Source: an uncultured Eubacteriales bacterium
GTDB lineage: Bacteria; Bacillota; Clostridia; Monoglobales; Monoglobaceae
Reading direction: 5' to 3'
Length of the DNA stretch: 36,254 nt
Assembly (NCBI GenBank): GCA_958346135.1
Contig: CATVQN010000001.1
Coordinates: 1-36,254, forward strand
Positions within the stretch are counted from its first letter, which is position 1, and each line of letters begins with the position of its first letter. This document shows, piece after piece, positions 20,401-29,455 of the stretch. The notes under the pieces were generated by a model. The model was not told where the DNA came from. It searched no databases and worked only from the letters and a program-made list of their open reading frames with translations. Position numbers and translations under genes: made by a program.

Positions 20401-21027
20401 GTCGATATAGAGGGAAGCGTCCAGCCCGCAGCGGGTTAAAACCGCATACTGGACGCTGGCTTTTATGGTGTCACGGAAAATGACCTCTATGTTGTGGTCG
20501 TCCAGTCCCTCTAAAAAGCTGTCCTCCACCTCATAGTGCAGGTCACGGAGATATTCCCCATAGTGTTCCTCCGACACCTTTGAAGCCGCTTCCATCAGGC
20601 ACTCGCCCAGGTCGCCGCCCTCCGGGATACCGAACGCTTTTGCCAGCCGTTCCATAACCGGGGCATGATAGGCTTCCTCCATTCTCCAAAGCCACGGGTC
20701 TTTGCCGCCTTTTACCCTATGAGTATCAGAAACATCGTGGACGTTCTGGATATAGGGCCTGCCGCCTGTGCCTTTGCGGATCAAGCCGATTGCATTGGAA
20801 CCAGCGGTGACCCAGCGGTGCATCTTGTTATTCCACGTTTCAATGTCCGCACAGGCGACTGCATCCGGGCGCTGGATATAGATTAAAAGCTGGTCGTCAA
20901 AATCATAGCTTTTATAAAACCGGGATGCCGTGGTTAGAAACTTCTGCCAGTTTTCCGGTGTTCTTGTGACTTCCTGCTGGGCTTTCTGCGCCAGCTCAGA
21001 AATATACAGAAACCATCTGTTTGCCAT
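11497..21027 (-). CDS. Giant polyvalent protein: ArdC-like N-terminus, repeated accessory domains, N6-adenine MTase, SNF2-like helicase (DarB-like)
   Basis: [12 protein letters not shown] (MTase motif I), GNVPFG (motif IV), [28 protein letters not shown]-terminal W..FL.TASRFY.Y.F..QLLIY.QRP; AAAGGAGG RBS. Confidence 0.92.
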   Translation of the reverse strand: MANRWFLYISELAQKAQQEVTRTPENWQKFLTTASRFYKSYDFDDQLLIYIQRPDAVACADIETWNNKMHRWVTAGSNAIGLIRKGTGGRPYIQNVHDVSDTHRVKGGKDPWLWRMEEAYHAPVMERLAKAFGIPEGGDLGECLMEAASKVSEEHYGEYLRDLHYEVEDSFLEGLDDHNIEVIFRDTIKASVQYAVLTRCGLDASLYIDADDLRGITNFNNVGTLACLGTATAEANRTILMEIGEAVKNIQLEQVRQAKKSLAKQPDVSYNKDEQFNTLKRERSGEDERIDIHQPERLSDSEHRDGQQEERTGNPDPVRQGEGEISDGTPESGLHGDAVERNPVGTSDGDRPGGEPAGRERDGGTGDERGRDGGTESSQPDGMGTADEQHPAESRGDRDGRPDLQLNTDTRTAGGEPAVLSSVEMDGPYSDANPTFTQMSLFPTVEEQIEQIAQSQAEASAPAFSVGMVPEQAVERILSAGTNEPAGALRIYAQYQAGAPAGEMAVSLRKEFGTGGRGFTIDGTPYAVWFDENGLSINSGKSARYDKESLRLSWTEVESRIRRLVETGKYLSAEQAGRVKGNEFKELAAQLWYLRQDFGDGAKEAGLLPTVDGVYMQRGGFPEDTAKLEKLLQSPEQLAAVVKEMEGFCDAYQENREILRFHFHRPNAILHRLEQAQIPAEVFPLDGQFKEERPTFITEDEINEVLAPGGGYSDSKLAAYVFFQNHTDRKERQDYLKESFGTGGSGSSIRDTWHDAKGMKIKRSYGKPYAETSLNWNQAERHIHQLMESGRFLTPDDKARFPEYERFILSRDVDSFFHYAAKEQRPYQVEGFFDGWKQVRPMLDNPAQVDGLLSVMKDGLQSLTPKQYGYEVCTRAYDRLSAYKDGSYSLIQRAADMPQKAAPAKQPKASREQKPLDAAQSALRRLKSQSRKTAKADEPEQLSFDFSESAVQTEPEKPDAPSSREKIILQAQELLDKQGLVVSEEYLNDAFEELGSETPKPEELADHTRSMLERDEAEAALEPEPAKRTVRDIYEQFQPVVLAQVLQDNAFANALENSDEENIKIECDVAIRRAVLAVDDVELTKAYFDVSAFHNRLHKEVLAQATEQAALTPKRLYEAALPELIGLIEQSEIYPFLRDRDTDVLDAQEELSAKLDELLSGLKDSRPALYEAYTTLPDFREYLIDDILERTYQDMVTDRRTSVEQHENDPDAPAWVTGKTEPEEPAETSGSTTLLPHVDAYNALKEKHPKELVGIQNGGYCLFYGEDARTAFEAVPVSWLLPVDLPGIGEVTVAGIREGWQEAADRLQTAGLPAVFFQDNGETYTALGRTLTLKEAGQESTLPQPERTDRETRAGAPSEEESPQPEPNLTPLTEEYLKLKAEYPGHVAGVRVDDLYLFYGKDAETAAKALGSKIVTREIPGLGETAVTGSAASWQALGEKLLQHGNSALFARPEGETYEVQKVLEIADYIPIGMQVTDEGRTFTIDSVDYDFGSVSLRDDTFAAGTGFPVFRNEPVSYVRELVKDAQDKELEELAASGAPLSEPSEPAAPVQPQPPKAENFRITAPDLGVGGPKAKYQANVAAIRLLKELEAGGRNATPEEQETLSRYVGWGGIPQAFDGSDEKWKTEYAELKGLLTPAEYEAARGSTLNAHYTAPVIIESIYHAVEQMGLEPKTMLEPAMGTGNFFGMVPDSMKDTALYGVELDSITGRIAKQLYPQAHITVDGFERVNFADNRFDLAVGNVPFGNYQIADARYDKQHFFIHDYFFGKTLDKVRPGGIVAFITSKGTLDKPNTAVREYLAERADLLGAVRLPDNAFKNAGTEVTSDIIFLQKRAAPPEQMPDWVDVSQTAAGIPVNKYFEQHPEMVLGSMVWEGGPYGQETACKPLPDADLKEQLAAAVANLSAPDKALLMREAAAPEQEAEPLDAPAEVRNFSYTEANGKLYYKEDGGLIPVEVPAATEERIRGMIALRDITRNLIETQLNGGSDAQIAQLQTRLNSAYDSFTAKWGLLNSTGNKRAFEQDSSYCLLCSLEVLDEDRNLERKADMFSKRTINQEKRINHVDTPVEALAVSIGERAGVDLSFMAEILDRPGEELEIAKELSGVIFKNPEKGLDHPLEGWENADEYLSGNVRKKLAAARAAAEHDPAYAVNVSALEQSQPKDLSAAEIDVRIGATWIDPKYYTQFTYELLKTPGYLRGDTIAARYSAATGEWNISGKTRDSTNNTLAYVTYGTKRKNAYAIIEDSLNLRDCRVYDTIHDADGTEKRVLNTKETMLAQQKQEMVREAFKSWIWKDPERREALCQKYNEIFNSIKPREYDGSHIRFTGMTPEIKLRPHQQNAVARMLYGGNSLLAHCVGAGKTFEIIAAAMEGKRLGLCRKNLVVVPNHLTEQWGADFLRLYPGAKVLVATKKDFEPQNRKKFCSRIATGDYDAVVIGHSQFEKIPLSPERQKAILREQIDQVIDGIEEAKAQNGERYTIKQLEKSRKSLQAKLEKLNDQSRKDDVVTFEELGVDKLFVDEAHGFKNLFLTTKMRNVAGIGQSEAQKSSDMFAKCRYLDDLTGGKGVVFATGTPVSNSMVELYTMMRYLQYDLLKETGLDHFDSWAAAFGETVTALELAPEGGGFRAKTRFAKFFNLPELMAMWKEAADIQTAEMLKLPVPASENITVVTKPSEFQKELVAELGERAEDVRNRLVDPREDNMLKITSDGRKLALDQRLAYPELPDDPESKVNACVGNVLKVWRDTEPQKGAQLVFCDLSTPHGDNSFNVYDDIKQKLMAQGVPPEQIAFIHDAKTDVQKAELFSKVRKGQVRVLLGSTSKMGAGTNVQTRLAALHHLDCPWRPADIEQREGRILRQGNQFKSVKIFKYVTEGTFDAYNWGLIENKQKFIGQLMSGKNPSRSCEDVDEAALSYAEVKALASGDPRIMEKTELDGQVTKLKLLKANHESQRYALEDNLIKFYPQAIKREQETIADLETDIRHLEAHTPPDKEHFSMTVRGTTYTEKKEAGQAIIAAFESLKDLSDKVELGEYRGFPMTLWVSDSGLSPKLQITLKHTRSHTFEPGSDPFGNITRMDNVLEGMRDNLKQHQTVLGNLLQQMEDAKVEVKRPFPQEAELAEKSERLAALNVALNIGGKDKPNSRERQKHDGKTSIKRLLRRMGVESAASAAPKKDKEMEVAI
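19809..20168 (-). CDS. tnpV: TnpV-family protein (119 aa) nested in the +1 frame of the giant helicase gene
   Basis: MSELTY...GYQIPN...[12 protein letters not shown]...L.AHL.EID..A...[34 protein letters not shown] is the TnpV pattern; AAAGGAG RBS 8 nt upstream. Confidence 0.85.
   Translation of the reverse strand: MSELTYTNRNGYQIPNIVMDSRKNEPETLTRYGRAREKYLMEHRKAAYTAMLLKGTLWAHLTEIDQAANQQVESVMAELAMSEGVTEELKAANQMEWVQRMNNIRQRAEEIVMADLIYS
20215..20243 (-). promoter_or_regulatory. Internal sigma70 promoter for nested tnpV
   Basis: Minus strand TTGCCA (20243-20238), 17 bp, TATAAT (20220-20215), about 46 nt upstream of the tnpV ATG. Confidence 0.75.
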
Positions 21028-21042
21028 TGTGACCTCCTTTCA

Positions 21043-21086
21043 AACGAAAAACACCCAGAACCTGCTTTTTTACAAGTTCTGGGTGT
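21043..21086 (-). terminator. Intrinsic terminator immediately upstream of the helicase RBS
   Basis: ACACCCAGAAC / GTTCTGGGTGT 11-bp stem then TTTTCGTTT on minus strand. Confidence 0.7.
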
Positions 21087-21105
21087 AGTTTACAAATAGG
21101 ATTCT

Positions 21106-21330
21106 TTAATAATTTTGTTTTGCCTGTTCCGATAAATGGCGGATCAATTCTTCTGGGGTTGGGATTTCTCCCTTGCATGGAACACGGCTCTGATAGGCTT
21201 TGGTTATCTCGTTATTATTTAGTGGATTGGTATATGCGTCCGTAATAGCAGCCTGCATTTCCCGCTTGACTTCTTCCACGCTGACACCGTATTCTTTCGC
21301 TACTTTCCGGTATATCTTCCTCATGTTCAT
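21106..21330 (-). CDS. Small Spo0A C-terminal-domain-like DNA-binding protein (74 aa)
   Basis: IYRKVAKEYGVS.EEV.REM..AI..A and PTPEELI resemble the Spo0A effector HTH; AGGAGG RBS. Confidence 0.7.
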   Translation of the reverse strand: MNMRKIYRKVAKEYGVSVEEVKREMQAAITDAYTNPLNNNEITKAYQSRVPCKGEIPTPEELIRHLSEQAKQNY

Positions 21331-21375
21331 AAAAGTTTCCTCCTAAGTAAATACTGTAATCGCCTGAATGATTCG

Positions 21376-21404
21376 ATTATAAGCGATAATAACACTCGTT
21401 TCAA
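21376..21404 (-). promoter_or_regulatory. Sigma70 promoter for the Spo0A-C-like gene
   Basis: Minus strand TTGAAA (21404-21399), 17 bp, TATAAT (21381-21376). Confidence 0.75.
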
Positions 21405-21478
21405 TAGAAACAGGCGTTACAATCGCTCGGTTTTGGCTTCGGCGTGACTTATGATTATCTACAAGGAGGGAGCAGCAA

Positions 21479-21796
21479 ATGGAAGAACAATTTATTCGTG
21501 ACCGGCTTTCCAAACTTCGGGAAGAAAAGCAGGTTTCAGAACGAAAAATGAGCCTGGATTTAGGACACAGCACCAGTTATATCCGTGGCATCACATCCGG
21601 CAGGTCGCTCCCGTCTATGAGCGAGTTCCTTTATATCTGTGAATACTTAGGTATCACACCATCAGAATTCTTCAAAGAAGAAAAAGAAACCACTTTGACC
21701 CAACAAAAAGCGATTGACTATATCTATACCATGACGGATGAGGACATCCAGTTACTAATTGGATTTATCGAACGGATGAAGCACACAGACGAATAA
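21479..21796 (+). CDS. XRE/Cro-C1 family HTH regulator
   Basis: RL..LREEK.VSE.KMSLDLG.S.SYI..I.SG...PS......IC.YLG.TP.EFF; AAGGAGG RBS. Confidence 0.9.
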   Translation: MEEQFIRDRLSKLREEKQVSERKMSLDLGHSTSYIRGITSGRSLPSMSEFLYICEYLGITPSEFFKEEKETTLTQQKAIDYIYTMTDEDIQLLIGFIERMKHTDE

Positions 21797-21831
21797 CAGG
21801 CGGTATCTGAAAAGAACGGACACCGCCTGTT
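21795..21831. terminator. Bidirectional terminator between convergent genes
   Basis: AACAGGCGGT / ACCGCCTGTT inverted repeat. Confidence 0.7.
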
Positions 21832-21833
21832 TC

Positions 21834-22121
21834 TTATTGTCGGCGTTCTTTATTTTTCCGGTTCATATCCTCCAAAACCTTTTTCTGTGCTTCAGACAAC
21901 ACCCTGGGCGGGGCAATCTTAACCCACTTCTTGGGAAGTGAGTATGTCAGACCGCCGTAGCCATTGTCGCCAGTCTGCGTGACCTGCTCCGGGTGGCTCT
22001 GGTACAAGCTGTTCAGCGTGTTCTGCAAGCCTGTGTTGTAGGTATAAACCGCAGCAGTGGATTCACTCTCATTAAAGAGGATGATCGTTTCCTGCTCATA
22101 CTTTGTTAATCTCATAGGCAT
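21834..22121 (-). CDS. Conserved ICE hypothetical protein
   Basis: LTKYEQETII.FNE...A.VYTYN and PKKW.....PR pattern seen in Firmicutes ICE backbones; TAATG coupling to upstream gene. Confidence 0.8.
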   Translation of the reverse strand: MPMRLTKYEQETIILFNESESTAAVYTYNTGLQNTLNSLYQSHPEQVTQTGDNGYGGLTYSLPKKWVKIAPPRVLSEAQKKVLEDMNRKNKERRQ

Positions 22122-23194
22122 TACCTCTCCAAATCTTTCCGCTTCGCCGGGGGCTTGGCTGCCGTATGCTGTTCCGGCTTTTTCGCAAGCTGCTCCCGGA
22201 TCGAGGGCTTTTTTTCCGTTTTCTTTTGCGGCTGCTCCCTGGAAAAATCTTTTTCCCGCATCTGCCTAAAAGCGGTGATCCTGCCGGTTTCATCCGTGAC
22301 GGGGGCATACATCTTCGGAATCTTAAACATCATGCCGTCCAGACTGATGCCGCCGTAGTAATTCCCGTGGGCGTCCCGTTCTTTCTGAAGCAGCACGGTC
22401 TTATCGGCAAGGATAAAGCCCTCCATTTCATGCTTATAGACCAGGCCACAGGGAATCCCGCCAGACTGGGTAAGGGCGATTTCTTTGCCCACCGGCTCAA
22501 AGGGATTCTCCACCGGCGCATCCTCCACCACACGAAAAGCGGTAGGCTTGCCCCGTTTGCTCCGCTCGGCAACTTCATAGATATGGGCATCAATGTAACT
22601 GCCGTTTACCCTGCGGTTGGAGGACTCATAAAAATCCGGGTTGGACGCACAGGGCGTTAAAAGGATGCCGCCTTTGACAATGTACTGATCCTGGGTAATC
22701 TCACCGGGTTCGATATACCGCTCAAAGCGGTTGACCGGCACGACCCGTAGAAGCGGCGTTTCCGATTTTTGTTTCAACACCTCATTTGCCGTTACTGGTT
22801 CTTCTTTTTTGGCTGTTTCCTCCTGGACAGATATGTTATTGATAATGCCGTCAATCATGTTATAATTCTGTTCCATGCTCATTTCTGCATATTTTATAGG
22901 ATTTTCCTCCAATTCCATAAATGGAAAAGCAGCACCGTAATGCTTTCCCAACTGCCGGAGGGATGTCAGGGTATGTTCTGTCAACACAGAACTGGTTCCA
23001 TCTTGGTTATATACAATCGCATCATTCAAGAGAAATTTATAGAAATTTTTTCCCGTCCATTGACTGTCTGCGTCTTTTGCAAATATCCGCCCATCTTTTG
23101 TGTGGGAAAGGCGGATGTCATAAATTTTCAAACGGTCAAGGGTGGTATAAAGGATGTCAATCTCATCTTCCAACAATGTTTTGATGTCCATCAT
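22121..23194 (-). CDS. DUF4316-containing protein
   Basis: ENPIKYAEMSMEQNYNMIDGIINN signature; C-terminal KKPSIREQL...KRKDLER tail. Confidence 0.8.
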   Translation of the reverse strand: MMDIKTLLEDEIDILYTTLDRLKIYDIRLSHTKDGRIFAKDADSQWTGKNFYKFLLNDAIVYNQDGTSSVLTEHTLTSLRQLGKHYGAAFPFMELEENPIKYAEMSMEQNYNMIDGIINNISVQEETAKKEEPVTANEVLKQKSETPLLRVVPVNRFERYIEPGEITQDQYIVKGGILLTPCASNPDFYESSNRRVNGSYIDAHIYEVAERSKRGKPTAFRVVEDAPVENPFEPVGKEIALTQSGGIPCGLVYKHEMEGFILADKTVLLQKERDAHGNYYGGISLDGMMFKIPKMYAPVTDETGRITAFRQMREKDFSREQPQKKTEKKPSIREQLAKKPEQHTAAKPPAKRKDLER

Positions 23195-25297
23195 TTACCC
23201 CTTTCCTTGAATTTTCTGTCTGGGCGGCAGCTCGATCTTGTAATTCACATACTTTTCTCCGCTATCCGCCAGCACCACCACAGCATCATAGAGTACGCCT
23301 TTTTTCTCGCTGAACAGACCTTTCATCTTGATACGCCCATTCTTTAAGAGCGCCGCCGCCATCGGTTTGGTCAGTTCCTTGTGCTTGGAAGTGAAAAAGC
23401 GATCGTTTTTCCACATGGAAAACTGGCACTCCCGGTTGGAGCAGTAAAAATTCTTCTTGCCCTCCAGCACATCAGAGCCGCATCGGGGGCATTTCCCGAT
23501 AACCTCCCTCTGTTGGAACAGGGAAGTATCCGCTTTGACGGCACTGTACTGGGCAACCAGATCGGACACCATCTGTTCAATGCCGCCCATAAACGCATCA
23601 GGAGCCTGCTCGCCTCGCTCCACCGACTTTAAGTCAGCTTCCCACTGGGCGGTCAGCCTGGCGGACTTCACGCTGTCCGGCAGCACCACAATCAGGTTGA
23701 ACCCCTTTTTTGTGGGAAGAAGCTGCCTGCCCTTGCGTTCCAGGAAACCGCCACGCACCAGCTTTTCCAGCACACCGGCACGGGTGGCAGGTGTGCCCAG
23801 GCCCGTGCGCTCTGCGCCCTCGATCTCGGCAAATTCTTCGGCGCTGGCGTGTTCCATAGCTGATAAAAGCAGATCTTCCGTGAAGTGCCGGGGCGGGCTG
23901 GTGGTTCCCTCTTTGGTAGAAGCCCTGACCTTTTCAAAGGTCTGCCCCTCTGCAAGCGGCGGCAGGGCTTTGGCATCCTCGTCCTTGGGATCATCCTCCG
24001 GCTTCTTTTTCAGCGTAGCAAAAAAAACCTGTTCTATCTCCTTAAAACCGGGCGATACCACCACACGCCCCTTTGCCGTAAATGTAGCGCCGCCGCAGAG
24101 AAGAACAACGGCGGTATCCTCATAAAGATGTTTTTCCCCCACAGCACACAACAGCCGCACCGTTACCAATGTCAGGATATTGCGCTCCCCGGCAGGAAGT
24201 GAGGAGAGATCAGCACCGGAAATCTGCTTTGTGGGCAGTAATGCGTGGTGGTCGCTGACCTTGCCGTTATTGATGACACGGGGCGTATCCACGCTGAGAG
24301 CCGCCACGGAAAACGGCAGGGCGGACGCCGCCAGCTCACACAGCGCCGGAATGGTGTCTTTCATATCCTCCGTCAGATAGTTGGAATCCGTCCGTGGGTA
24401 GGTCAGCAGCTTTTTCTCATACAACGCCTGGGCGTAATCAAGCACCTGCTGGGCCGTATATCCAAACAGCCGGTTCCCGTCCCGTTGAAGCGAAGTCAGG
24501 TCATAGAGCTTGGGCGGCTGTGTGGACTTCTGCTTCTTTTCCACGGACTGCACAACAGCCGCCTGCGTACTGCAGGCGGCTGAAAGATGGTCGGCGGCTT
24601 TTCGGTTCTCACACCGTTCACTGGCGGCGGTAAACTTCCCGCAGTCCAGCACCACCGTATAAAACTTTTCCTTTTTAAAATCGGAAATGGCAGTTTCCCG
24701 GTCTACTACCAGGGCAAGGGTCGGGGTCATAACCCTGCCGATGTTCAAAGTTTTCCGGTACAGAGAAGAAAACAGCCTGGTGCCGGAGATGCCCACCAGC
24801 CAGTCCGCCTTGGCACGGCACAGGGCAGCTTCATACAAAAGGTCATAATCTGTGCCGGGGCGCAGGTTCTCAAATCCCTCCCGGATTGCGGAATCTTCCA
24901 TACTGCTGATCCACAACCGCTGAAAGGGCTTTGTGCATCCGGCATGGTCATAGACCAGCCGGAAAATCAATTCCCCCTCACGCCCCGCATCCGTAGCGCA
25001 CACAAGGCTTTCCACATCCGGGCGGTTCATCAGGGAAACCAGCACCTCATACTGGTCTTTTTTATCCGGGGCCACCGTGTATTTCCATTCTTCCGGGATA
25101 ATAGGCAGATCTTCATAGCACCATTTGGAATACCGGGCATCATAAGCGTCAGCCGCCGCCAGCCCGATGAGATGCCCCACACACCAGGACACCACATAAC
25201 CGTTTCCCTGCAAATATCCCTGTCCACGTTCCTTTGCGCCCAGCACAGCGGCTAAACTCTGCGCCACGCTGGGCTTTTCTGCAATTACTAATTTCAA
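23195..25297 (-). CDS. topB: Type IA DNA topoisomerase III (ICE-encoded)
   Basis: LVIAEKPSVA, ATDAGREGELI (TOPRIM), LTYPRTD catalytic Tyr, GLGTPATR, C-terminal CPRC zinc ribbon. Confidence 0.95.
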   Translation of the reverse strand: MKLVIAEKPSVAQSLAAVLGAKERGQGYLQGNGYVVSWCVGHLIGLAAADAYDARYSKWCYEDLPIIPEEWKYTVAPDKKDQYEVLVSLMNRPDVESLVCATDAGREGELIFRLVYDHAGCTKPFQRLWISSMEDSAIREGFENLRPGTDYDLLYEAALCRAKADWLVGISGTRLFSSLYRKTLNIGRVMTPTLALVVDRETAISDFKKEKFYTVVLDCGKFTAASERCENRKAADHLSAACSTQAAVVQSVEKKQKSTQPPKLYDLTSLQRDGNRLFGYTAQQVLDYAQALYEKKLLTYPRTDSNYLTEDMKDTIPALCELAASALPFSVAALSVDTPRVINNGKVSDHHALLPTKQISGADLSSLPAGERNILTLVTVRLLCAVGEKHLYEDTAVVLLCGGATFTAKGRVVVSPGFKEIEQVFFATLKKKPEDDPKDEDAKALPPLAEGQTFEKVRASTKEGTTSPPRHFTEDLLLSAMEHASAEEFAEIEGAERTGLGTPATRAGVLEKLVRGGFLERKGRQLLPTKKGFNLIVVLPDSVKSARLTAQWEADLKSVERGEQAPDAFMGGIEQMVSDLVAQYSAVKADTSLFQQREVIGKCPRCGSDVLEGKKNFYCSNRECQFSMWKNDRFFTSKHKELTKPMAAALLKNGRIKMKGLFSEKKGVLYDAVVVLADSGEKYVNYKIELPPRQKIQGKG

Positions 25298-25485
25298 GCT
25301 GTTTTCCTCCTTTCGCTCATCAGCTTTTTGTAGCAGATACCCACACAGCGCCGCCCCTTGCCATAACCACAGTCATAGCAGGGGGAATCGGGGGCAGGTG
25401 CCGGCCTTTCCTCCGACACCTGCCGCCCAGCGGGTTTCTGCTGCATCATCCGTTCCAGTCTTGGGTTATCAGAAAACAAGGTCAT
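25294..25485 (-). CDS. Small Cys-rich hypothetical protein (63 aa; start moved to ATG 25485)
   Basis: MTLFSDNPRLERMMQQKP...CYDCGY....CVGICYK; GAGGG RBS; overlaps both neighbours (translational coupling). Confidence 0.65.
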   Translation of the reverse strand: MTLFSDNPRLERMMQQKPAGRQVSEERPAPAPDSPCYDCGYGKGRRCVGICYKKLMSERRKTA

Positions 25486-27466
25486 CGTCGCCCTCGATGG
25501 GAATGTCCTCATTATCTTCCTCATAAAGCCTGCGCTGTTCGGCTTCTTCTTCCTCGGAAAGTTCCTCCTGACCTGCATCCTCGCCGGTTGCTTCCTCATC
25601 TTCGTTGACGGCAGGCTCCTCCGGCCCCTCAAACTCAAAATCGTCGATGTCCTCGGCATCGTCCAGATCATGCTTCGGCTTATAAACCTTGAAGTAATAG
25701 CCCAGGCCGCCAGCCGCCAGCGCAATCACAATCACAAGGAATATCATGCTGTTACTGCTCTTGGGGGCGGGCTGCTCCGGTTCGGGTTCCGGTGTTTCCG
25801 GTTCTGACGGTTCCTCCGGCTCGGCAGGAGCGGCGGGTTCCGGCTCTGACGGTGCGGTCGGTGTGACAGTCTGGCTGTCCGTGTCTTTTTGTGCCAGCGC
25901 CATCAGGTCGCTTTCCGTTACGGCATTGAGGAAATACACATTTTCGCTGTCACGCTGCTTGTCGATAATAAGGTAAAACACATTTTCATCCGGGGTCATA
26001 ATGGTATAGAACTCCTTGCCCTGTTCATCGCTAGCGTTATCAACCACCGTGGCGCTGCCATCCGGGGTAAACGGGTTATCCTCCGTTTCCTCCGTGGCAA
26101 CCGGGCTTACCGCAGACGGGTCTTTTTCGGTATCCGCTTTATTAGAGGAAGAAATAGTGCCGCCGGTAGGCTTTGCCGTCTGCCCGGTAGAAGCAGTCCC
26201 GCCAGTGCCAGACTGTGAAAGCGTGGTGCCGGTGCCCCCGCCCGTGGGCGTTGTAACCGTGGATGCAGGGATAGACGGACTGGTGGGAGAACTGGAAGTC
26301 TTATCGCTGTCTTTTTTCGGTTCCTCATAATAGGGATTGTTAAGCTGGGTCATGCGGCTTTTATTCCCGGCACGGTCAGTGGCCTGGATCGTGATCTGCT
26401 CATAATTGTCCGCATAATCTTTCAGGCGAATATCCAGAGTGCCATTATTCAGCTTGGAAAAGGAATTACCGCAGACGTAGATTTTATCCACGCCGGAAAG
26501 GTCATCGCTTGCTTCCACACGGAGCAGCTCGCCCTCAATCCCCGCACGGATCGTCGGGGCTTCCCGGTCAAAGACCTCAATGTAACGGTTCTTGGTGTGG
26601 GACTTCCCGTTTTTATCGGTCACGGTCACATAAATAGTGCAGTTTTCGGAGATTTCCAGGGATACCTTGTCTTTATCCACCAGATCGTCCGTTAAATCAA
26701 TCCAACTGCCGCCGCTGTTGATTTTGGCTTCCACGGTATCCCAGCCGGTTTTATTGACATCCTTAATGCGGATTTCCACGTTTGCCCGATTGGTGTACCA
26801 GCCATCCGGGGCAAGAATGGAAATGGTAAACTTGGGGTCAACCACTTCCGGCTCCTTGCCCTCGCATTTTGTCAGGTCATTCTTGCAGATCTCGCAGCCT
26901 GTATTGACCGCACCAGCGGCACATTTATCGGTGCAGGTGCATTTTTCCGGTTCGGCAGGCTGTTCCGGCTCCGTGGGCGTATCCGGTTCCGTAGGCTGTT
27001 CCGGCTCCGTGGACGTATCCGGTGCTTTCCCGATGCACTGTGCCCGGTCAGACTGGCAGACAGCACAGTCAGGATTCACCGCACCCTCCTGGCACAGAAC
27101 CGTGCAGATACAAGCTGCCGGTTCTCCTGCCGGGGGAGCGGTACACAAATCCATATCGGCAGCACAGGCGGGGCACTCGGTATTGTGATCGTCCTTGGTG
27201 CATTTCTTCTCGCAAAAGCAGGGCAGCATGTTCGGCTCTGCCGCCTGCCCTTTGCAGGCATCGGCATTTCCCTTGCACACCGGGCATTCCTGATTGGGAT
27301 TTTCCACCGAGCATTTCGTATCACAAATGCAGGCAGGCGCATCGTTGCCCGATACGTCCTGCGCCGCAGCCATGCCCAAAAGGGGCATCGTCAAAAGGAA
27401 GATGGAGAGCATCATGCAGACCATTCCGGTCAGCCGCTTACTCCGCTTCATGTTCAGATTCTTCAT
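25469..27466 (-). CDS. DUF4366 (CD1107-like) surface/membrane protein with four Cys-rich repeats (start moved to ATG 27466, 665 aa)
   Basis: Signal peptide, 4x six-Cys repeat, Ig-like region, S/T/G linker, KEFYTI.T..ENVFYLIID..R..ENVYFLN.V.E.DL (DUF4366), TM anchor, acidic tail. Confidence 0.88.
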   Translation of the reverse strand: MKNLNMKRSKRLTGMVCMMLSIFLLTMPLLGMAAAQDVSGNDAPACICDTKCSVENPNQECPVCKGNADACKGQAAEPNMLPCFCEKKCTKDDHNTECPACAADMDLCTAPPAGEPAACICTVLCQEGAVNPDCAVCQSDRAQCIGKAPDTSTEPEQPTEPDTPTEPEQPAEPEKCTCTDKCAAGAVNTGCEICKNDLTKCEGKEPEVVDPKFTISILAPDGWYTNRANVEIRIKDVNKTGWDTVEAKINSGGSWIDLTDDLVDKDKVSLEISENCTIYVTVTDKNGKSHTKNRYIEVFDREAPTIRAGIEGELLRVEASDDLSGVDKIYVCGNSFSKLNNGTLDIRLKDYADNYEQITIQATDRAGNKSRMTQLNNPYYEEPKKDSDKTSSSPTSPSIPASTVTTPTGGGTGTTLSQSGTGGTASTGQTAKPTGGTISSSNKADTEKDPSAVSPVATEETEDNPFTPDGSATVVDNASDEQGKEFYTIMTPDENVFYLIIDKQRDSENVYFLNAVTESDLMALAQKDTDSQTVTPTAPSEPEPAAPAEPEEPSEPETPEPEPEQPAPKSSNSMIFLVIVIALAAGGLGYYFKVYKPKHDLDDAEDIDDFEFEGPEEPAVNEDEEATGEDAGQEELSEEEEAEQRRLYEEDNEDIPIEGDDDLVF
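26946..27023. repeat. 36-bp coding tandem repeat (about 2.2 copies; PDT(S/P)TEPEQP(T/A)E linker)
   Basis: Units 26946-26981 and 26982-27017 differ at 3 positions. Confidence 0.85.
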
Positions 27467-27704
27467 GTTCGTTATCCTCGCTTTCCATAAAATCAGGCGT
27501 CCCGGCTTTAGAGCCACGGAACGCCTTGATAAATGCTGCCAGTTCCTCCGGGGCTACATCCAGCCCGCGAACCATACCGACAATCTCCATATTTTCCAGT
27601 TCGGTCTTTTGCTGCTCCAGTTCCCTAAGCCGGGTCTGCTGGACAGCGATTTTTTCTTTTACCTTGTCGATCTCCGACAAGACTTTCTGCAACTTGTTAC
27701 TCAA
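27438..27704 (-). CDS. DUF4315 family protein
   Basis: KL.K...EIDK.KEKI...Q.RLRELE.QKTELEN.EIV..VR coiled coil; AAGGAGG RBS; canonical position. Confidence 0.88.
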   Translation of the reverse strand: MSNKLQKVLSEIDKVKEKIAVQQTRLRELEQQKTELENMEIVGMVRGLDVAPEELAAFIKAFRGSKAGTPDFMESEDNEHEESEHEAE

Positions 27705-27716
27705 ATCAAAACCTCC

Positions 27717-29444
27717 TTAATTTAATCTGCCGATGGCATAGAAATGCTGCGACCAATAGCTGCTGTCAGTCCTTGCGTACTGGATGGGCGACCCACAGTG
27801 AATCATCATATTGTTGCCGACGTAGATTCCCACATGGCTCACTGGCCCTGGGGAGTTATAAGTGCCAGTAAAGAAAATAATGTCGCCGGGCTTGGCTTCT
27901 GACATTGGAATATGGGCGCATTGGTTATAAATGCCCTGGGCGGTGGTGCGGGGCAGGTTGTGAACGCCACTGTGCGTGTAAACGTAGCATACAAATCCGC
28001 TGCAATCGAAGCTGGTGCTTGGAGAAGAACCGCCCCAAACGTAGGGGAACCCTAAGTATTTTTCGGCTTCTGCGATCAGTGCGGCAAAATCAGGGTCAGC
28101 CAGGGCTTCCCCCGGAATGTCGTAATCTTCACCGGTGCTTTCATTGGCGTAAATATCGCTGCCGAACAGATAGGGCTTATTCCCCTTTAAGGAAAGGGTG
28201 GCCGTATAGCGTTCTTTCTGCTCCTCGTCCAAGTTCTCCAGGGCAACCGCCCCGAACCCTTTATTTCTAAGGGTCACATAGAGGATGTAATACTCATATT
28301 CCTCCTCATCCTCCGTGGTTTCCCCTGTTTCCGGGTCGGTGGAAGTAACCGTGCGGGTTCTGATCTCCACCACCTCACGGGTGGTCAGGCTGTACTGCCT
28401 GTCGAACATGGCTTCCAGTTCTGCCTGCACCTGTGCAGGCGTAAAAGCGTCAAACTTTGCCGTCAGATAGGAAATCAGTTCATTGGGGTTATGCCCGATG
28501 CTGTCCACATCGTACCGGTATTCATCATAGCCGGGGTGGGTGCGCTCGATGTTCGCCAATTCATTTTGCAGAGCGGTTTCCAGGGCGGTGTAATTGGCTT
28601 CTGTCTGAATGATGTCGGGATCTTCCGAAGTGTAGGAAGTGCCCAACACGGCGCTCATGGCTCCATCCATCATCACAGAGCAGGAAGAAAGGGACGAAAA
28701 CACCATAATAATCAGCATGGCAATCGCACCAGCCATCACCAGCCCGCCTTTATGCTCCTGCACCGCAGTCGCCACGGTCTGACCGATGCTGCCAAACATA
28801 TCCTTTGCTTTCTGGACAAATGCCGACCCCTGTTTCTCAGCCTGCTTTGCTTTCCGAAACTCTTTGGCATACTGGCGCTTGATGCGCTGTTTCTGAATAA
28901 GACGTTTGACGGCGTTTTCCTGCAATTCCGGGTTATCCCGGACAGCGGCACGATAAGCGGCACTGACATTCGCCCGGTTGACCTGGGCTTCCAGCTTCTC
29001 CACACGCTTATACGGGGCGTTCTGCCGGTACTTGCGGATTTCATGGCTGGCGAGAGCAGCGGCCCCCTCAGACGCAAGCTCTGTCCGATGGGCGGCTTTC
29101 GTACCCACATTTTCTTCCTCCACCTGATGAATCTTGGAGTGGACGGTGGCGCTGGCACTCTGTACCATGCGCCTGCCCGCCTTTTTCGGCAGGGCTTCCT
29201 GCCCTCGTTTTTTCTCCACTTCCTCAAACCGGAGTGTGTGCTTCAGCCTGCTTTTTTCGGGATCAAGTTCTTTTTGCAAGCGCAGCTTTTTCTTCTTAGG
29301 CACTTTCTTTTTCGCCTTTTCCAGCTTCGTGCCCAAAACCTCCGCCTTGTGTTCCGCACGGGCAGCCCGTTCCTCCGGGGTGAAATTCAGCCGTTTGCTG
29401 CGCTCCACATCGTCAGCATCGTAAATATTGGCTTTTTTCTTCAT
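27717..29444 (-). CDS. Conjugation cell-wall hydrolase, NlpC/P60 (CD1108-like)
   Basis: Basic N-terminus, TM segment, KYLGFPYVWGG...FDCSGFV...HVGIY....MIH. Confidence 0.92.
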   Translation of the reverse strand: MKKKANIYDADDVERSKRLNFTPEERAARAEHKAEVLGTKLEKAKKKVPKKKKLRLQKELDPEKSRLKHTLRFEEVEKKRGQEALPKKAGRRMVQSASATVHSKIHQVEEENVGTKAAHRTELASEGAAALASHEIRKYRQNAPYKRVEKLEAQVNRANVSAAYRAAVRDNPELQENAVKRLIQKQRIKRQYAKEFRKAKQAEKQGSAFVQKAKDMFGSIGQTVATAVQEHKGGLVMAGAIAMLIIMVFSSLSSCSVMMDGAMSAVLGTSYTSEDPDIIQTEANYTALETALQNELANIERTHPGYDEYRYDVDSIGHNPNELISYLTAKFDAFTPAQVQAELEAMFDRQYSLTTREVVEIRTRTVTSTDPETGETTEDEEEYEYYILYVTLRNKGFGAVALENLDEEQKERYTATLSLKGNKPYLFGSDIYANESTGEDYDIPGEALADPDFAALIAEAEKYLGFPYVWGGSSPSTSFDCSGFVCYVYTHSGVHNLPRTTAQGIYNQCAHIPMSEAKPGDIIFFTGTYNSPGPVSHVGIYVGNNMMIHCGSPIQYARTDSSYWSQHFYAIGRLN

Positions 29445-29455
29445 GGCAGACCTCC

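Noticed and set aside
25486..25725. N-terminal 80 codons of the 143-aa ORF at 25294-25725
   Set aside because: Alternative frame of the DUF4366 acidic tail; the RBS supports a start at 25485
26946..27023. 36-bp repeat as a CRISPR array
   Set aside because: No spacers, in-frame coding linker, no cas genes in the window
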